A stretch of 9,331 nt of DNA, taken from a virus (lineage: Duplodnaviria; Heunggongvirae; Uroviricota; Caudoviricetes). This document shows positions 5,651-9,331 of this stretch, one piece after another. The notes below the pieces were generated by a model. That model was given only the letters and a program-made list of their open reading frames with translations, searched no databases and had not been told where the DNA came from. The stretch is from the IMG/VR virus record IMGVR_UViG_2526164667_000011, positions 1 through 9,331 of that record; one strand, written 5' to 3'. The translations under genes and the position numbers were made by a program. Within the stretch, counting starts at the first letter, position 1; each line of letters begins with the position of its first letter.

Positions 5651-6343
5651 ATGAACATAGGAAATCGAGTCAGACAACTTCGCCAGGCGAAGAACATGAA
5701 AATCGCCGATCTCGCTGAAGCAATAGGAGTGGATGCGGCGAATATCTCGCGCCTCGAAACAGGTAAGCAGAAACAATTCACTGAACAAGCCCTGAGTAAT
5801 ATTGCCAGGAGCTTAGGTGTTGATATTGCTGATCTCTTTACCTCAGACCTCAAAAGTAATACTGTATGTAAAAACAGTATTAGTGAGGATGTTGCGCAGG
5901 TGAAGGATGTATTCCGTATTGAAATGCTGGATGTCAGTGCCAGTGCGGGAAATGGCCTTATCCAGGGCGGTGATGTCATTGATGTGATTCATGCCATTGA
6001 ATACAGAACTGATAATGCTGTATCGATGTTTGGTGGACGACCAGCAAATCACATTAAAGTTATCAACGTTCGTGGGGACAGTATGTGTCCAACCATTGAG
6101 CCAGGAGATCTCATCTTCGTTGATATCAGTATCAATCAGTTTGATGGGGATGGTATATATGTATTTGGTTTTGATGATAAAATTTACGTCAAACGACTGC
6201 AAATGATACCTGATAAACTGCTGGTAATTTCTGATAATCAGATTTACCGCGAATGGGGAATTACCAGCGAAAACGAACATCGGTTTATGGTCTTTGGAAA
6301 GGTCTTAATCAGTCAGTCACAAACCCTTAAGCGACACAATTAA
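5651..6343 (+). CDS. cI: cI-like phage repressor: N-terminal HTH_XRE domain plus C-terminal S24 (LexA-like) autopeptidase domain
   Basis: 230-aa ORF. HTH: MKIADLAEAIGVDAANISRLETGKQ. Peptidase: Ser nucleophile in VRGDSMCPTIEPGDLIFVD (Ser144) and Lys in IYVKRL (Lys181), 37 residues apart as in LexA. Candidate Ala-Gly autocleavage site at Ala99-Gly100 (SASAGNG). No Shine-Dalgarno precedes the ATG. Confidence 0.9.
   Translation: MNIGNRVRQLRQAKNMKIADLAEAIGVDAANISRLETGKQKQFTEQALSNIARSLGVDIADLFTSDLKSNTVCKNSISEDVAQVKDVFRIEMLDVSASAGNGLIQGGDVIDVIHAIEYRTDNAVSMFGGRPANHIKVINVRGDSMCPTIEPGDLIFVDISINQFDGDGIYVFGFDDKIYVKRLQMIPDKLLVISDNQIYREWGITSENEHRFMVFGKVLISQSQTLKRHN
5860..5879. promoter_or_regulatory. SOS-box (LexA-box)-like palindrome TACTGTATGTAAAAACAGTA inside the cI coding sequence (interdomain linker)
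   Basis: Matches the E. coli LexA box consensus TACTGTATATATATACAGTA at 16 of 20 positions, with a perfect CTGT-N8-ACAG core and AT-rich centre. It is the only CTGT-N8-ACAG site I found in the window. Function is untested. Confidence 0.4.
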
Positions 6344-6364
6344 CCCCTACCTCAACATCAATTA

Positions 6365-6384
6365 GCCACCAGAAGGTGGCTTTT
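6365..6384 (+). terminator. Rho-independent terminator downstream of the cI-like gene
   Basis: GCCACC-agaa-GGTGGC hairpin (6-bp GC-rich stem, 4-nt loop) followed directly by TTTT, 22 nt after the cI stop. Confidence 0.6.
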
Positions 6385-6397
6385 CATCACCCACCAA

Positions 6398-6452
6398 ATT
6401 GCATATCTCGCAATAAAAACACTTGCATAATGCGCAACTTCATTTTATCTTT
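6398..6452 (+). promoter_or_regulatory. Candidate OL/PL-like operator-promoter for the rightward yfdP-yfdQ-yfdR operon
   Basis: ATTGC-atatctc-GCAAT (6398..6415) and TTGC-ataatgc-GCAA (6423..6437) repeat the TTGC/GCAA half-sites seen in the cI-cro region. Possible promoter: -35 TTGCAT (6423..6428), 17-bp spacer, -10 TATCTT (6446..6451). Hexamer assignment is tentative. Confidence 0.3.
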
Positions 6453-6883
6453 CTTTCCAGACATACAAACAAGGTACTAACAAAATTTGGTTGTAACACG
6501 GCGTATGGCACATGCGTCGTTAGCGGTCTGGTGACGTTAAAGGGGACAATCCACTCCTTGCTCGAGCAAACAAACCAGGTAGCCGGAATGTGCAAGTCAA
6601 TGATGACGCTGATAAGACGCCTAACCAGCGTGGCGATTCGGTTTGACGCCTGGGAAGAGACCAGGGTGCAACGATGAGGGCATTTATGGAACCGCGACAA
6701 AGTGTGGTGCCGTAACTGGCTAAGTGCTCTCAGCGTTGTGGTGAATGCGCAGGCTGATGCGCGAAAGACATTGCAGCTATTGCGGAAAAGAGCTGTTCGG
6801 CGGGGCAATTAAACGCCCGTGAGAGTCTGAAATAACCGCAAGCCGGAGATCAGCACCGGTCACCACAGCAGCCACTGCTTTGG

Positions 6884-6929
6884 CGGTACCAGTTTGTACA
6901 CTTGCTTACGGCTGGTACCGCTCTTTTTA
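6884..6929 (+). terminator. Hairpin followed by a T-run in the long leader before yfdP (terminator-like, or an RNA element with a boxA-like CGCTCTTTTTA)
   Basis: Perfect 9-bp stem CGGTACCAG/CTGGTACCG (6884..6892 and 6912..6920) with a 19-nt loop, followed by CTCTTTTTA. The sequence CGCTCTTTTTA (6919..6929) resembles a lambdoid/rrn boxA (CGCTCTTA / TGCTCTTTAACAA). The large loop makes a classic terminator uncertain. Confidence 0.35.
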
Positions 6930-7065
6930 CAAAACAGAGAAGAGCATCACCGGACGACGGGCTCATAACCCAATCCATCCGGGCGGCTGCCACCGCAGGT
7001 GTTCTTCTCTGTTTTGTGGAGAAACCAACCGACCTTGCAGGGTCGATATGATGAGGAGTAGCAAA

Positions 7066-7428
7066 ATGGCTAGCGAACGCAGTACTGATGTGCAGGCATT
7101 TATCGGGGAGCTGGACGGCGGCGTATTTGAAACCAAAATCGGCGCAGTTCTCAGTGAAGTCGCTTCCGGTGTGATGAACACGAAAACCAAAGGTAAGGTC
7201 TCGCTCAACCTGGAAATCGAACCGTTTGATGAGAACCGTGTGAAAATCAAACACAAACTCTCATATGTTCGCCCGACTAACCGCGGGAAAATTTCTGAAG
7301 AAGACACCACCGAAACGCCGATGTATGTCAATCGCGGTGGTCGCCTGACTATTCTGCAGGAAGACCAGGGACAATTACTGACTCTTGCCGGTGAACCTGA
7401 CGGAAAACTCCGCGCAGAAGGTCATTAA
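7066..7428 (+). CDS. Hypothetical protein, YfdP-like (CPS-53/KpLE1 prophage family), 120 aa
   Basis: The track ORF starts at 6880, but the plausible start is ATG 7066 (MASERSTDVQAFIGELDGG...), preceded by GAGGAG about 8 nt upstream; two ATGs at 7047/7050 lack a Shine-Dalgarno. The size and the position immediately upstream of yfdQ fit YfdP from memory. Confidence 0.65.
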   Translation: MASERSTDVQAFIGELDGGVFETKIGAVLSEVASGVMNTKTKGKVSLNLEIEPFDENRVKIKHKLSYVRPTNRGKISEEDTTETPMYVNRGGRLTILQEDQGQLLTLAGEPDGKLRAEGH

Positions 7429-7493
7429 TATCGTTCTTAATTAACTGATTATTTATCTCATCACTGAATATCTTAATATAGTGAGGACTTATT

Positions 7494-8318
7494 ATGTCTC
7501 AGAACTTAGACGCAACCGCAATTAATCAAATCCATGCCCTTATTTCTGCTCAGGGTGTTAATGAAATTATCAGTAAGATTGGTGCCGATGCTGTGGCATT
7601 GCCTGAGAATTTCCGCATTCATGATCTGGAAAAATTTAATTTAAATCGCTTCCGTTTCCGTGGTGCGCTTTCCACTGCCAGCATCGATGACTTTACCCGT
7701 TATTCTAAAGATCTTGCAGATGAAGGCACCCGCTGCTTTATCGATGCCGATAATATGCGAGCAGTCAGTGTGCTTAACCTGGGTACTATTGATGAACCAG
7801 GTCACGCAGATAACACCGCCACTCTCAAACTGAAAAAGACAGCACCGTTCTCTGCCCTGTTGTCTGTTAACGGCGAGCGTAACTCCCAGAAGTCACTGGC
7901 AGAATGGATTGAAGACTGGGCCGACTACCTTGTGGGCTTTGATGCTAATGGTGACGCTATTCAGGCAACAAAAGCGGCTGCGGCGGTCCGTAAAATCACG
8001 ATTGAAGCAAACCAGACCGCTGATTTTGAAGATAATGACTTCAGCGGCAAACGCTCCCTGATGGAGTCTGTCGAAGCGAAGACCAAAGATATTATGCCAG
8101 TGGCATTTGAATTTAAATGCGTTCCGTTTGAAGGTCTGAAAGAACGTCCGTTTAAATTACGCCTCAGCATTATCACTGGCGATCGTCCTGTACTGGTTCT
8201 GCGCATTATTCAGCTGGAGGCGGTGCAGGAAGAAATGGCTAACGAATTTCGTGATCTGCTTGTTGAGAAATTCAAGGACAGCAAAGTAGAAACCTTTATT
8301 GGTACTTTCACCGCCTGA
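7494..8318 (+). CDS. yfdQ: YfdQ-family protein (DUF2303), 274 aa
   Basis: GAGGA Shine-Dalgarno about 8 nt upstream of the ATG. Length and sequence ([21 protein letters not shown]...) match my recollection of E. coli K-12 CPS-53 YfdQ. It lies directly upstream of the HD-domain yfdR-like gene, as in K-12. Confidence 0.8.
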   Translation: MSQNLDATAINQIHALISAQGVNEIISKIGADAVALPENFRIHDLEKFNLNRFRFRGALSTASIDDFTRYSKDLADEGTRCFIDADNMRAVSVLNLGTIDEPGHADNTATLKLKKTAPFSALLSVNGERNSQKSLAEWIEDWADYLVGFDANGDAIQATKAAAAVRKITIEANQTADFEDNDFSGKRSLMESVEAKTKDIMPVAFEFKCVPFEGLKERPFKLRLSIITGDRPVLVLRIIQLEAVQEEMANEFRDLLVEKFKDSKVETFIGTFTA

Positions 8319-8330
8319 TTTCATTACTGC

Positions 8331-8355
8331 AAATGCCCCTGCGGGGGCATTTATG
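8331..8355 (+). terminator. Stem-loop downstream of yfdQ (possible weak intrinsic terminator or attenuator)
   Basis: AAATGCCCC-tgcg-GGGGCATTT hairpin (9-bp stem with a GC-rich core) starting 13 nt after the yfdQ stop. The trailing U-tract is short (AUUUAUGG), so termination is probably partial. Confidence 0.4.
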
Positions 8356-8445
8356 GAAACGTAATTTACTCAATAATCGCCGGATGGTGAGGGATTCTTT
8401 TTACCAGAATTCAGCGCGGTGCAGCGCATATACGTGGAGAACAAA

Positions 8446-9331
<886 letters not shown>

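Noticed and set aside
4901-5979. ORFs 4901..5167 (+), 5341..5541 (+), 5525..5788 (-), 5620..5979 (-), 5843..6280 (-) and 5991..6206 (+)
   Set aside because: Antisense or alternative-frame ORFs inside the CII-position, cro-like and cI-like genes, all of which have strong motif support.
6423-6808. ORFs 6423..6677 (+, 84 aa) and 6440..6808 (-, 122 aa) in the region after cI
   Set aside because: No Shine-Dalgarno; the plus-strand ORF starts inside the putative promoter; compositions are atypical (Cys/Thr/Arg-rich) with no motifs. The region is treated as non-coding or RNA-level; see the finding at 6385..7065.
6385-7065. Lambda N-like antiterminator gene or a tRNA gene in the region after cI
   Set aside because: No Arg-rich N-like ORF and no tRNA-like signature (no GGTTCGAATCC-type T-arm or cloverleaf) were found by eye. 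Only a boxA-like motif is noted, as a low-confidence regulatory candidate.
6850-7331. ORFs 6850..7254 (-) and 6963..7331 (-), and the 5' extension of track ORF 6880..7428
   Set aside because: The minus ORFs are antisense to the yfdP-like gene. The 5' extension (6880..7065) has no Shine-Dalgarno, whereas ATG 7066 has a good one and gives the expected 120-aa protein.

Overview
This window reads as the immunity and early-replication region of a lambdoid prophage from an enterobacterial host, ending in the 5' part of an IS21-family insertion sequence. All calls are from reading the sequence and the supplied ORF track; no database search was run. A cI-like S24-peptidase repressor (5651..6343, +) and a Cro-like HTH gene (5293..5553, -) diverge from a ~100-bp operator/promoter region. 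Leftward from cro, the minus strand carries a tightly packed early operon: a CII-position gene, a Rha-domain ORF, a small ORF, an O-like replication initiator containing an iteron array (candidate origin), a PerC-like regulator, an orphan N6-adenine DNA methyltransferase, a LexA-DNA-binding-domain-only protein, RusA resolvase and a KilA-N protein that runs off the window start. Most of these genes overlap by 4 nt, suggesting translational coupling. Rightward from cI there is a terminator and ~680 bp without a convincing ORF, followed by genes I recall as YfdP/YfdQ/YfdR of the E. coli K-12 CPS-53 (KpLE1) cryptic prophage. The most unusual signals are the origin-like iterons inside the O-like gene, a consensus SOS box inside the cI coding sequence in a phage that also encodes a LexA-DBD-only protein, the long untranslated region after cI, and the 200-codon in-frame extension ahead of the Rha domain. 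CDS coordinates follow the ORF track; hand-indexed positions of non-coding features may be off by 1-2 bp.
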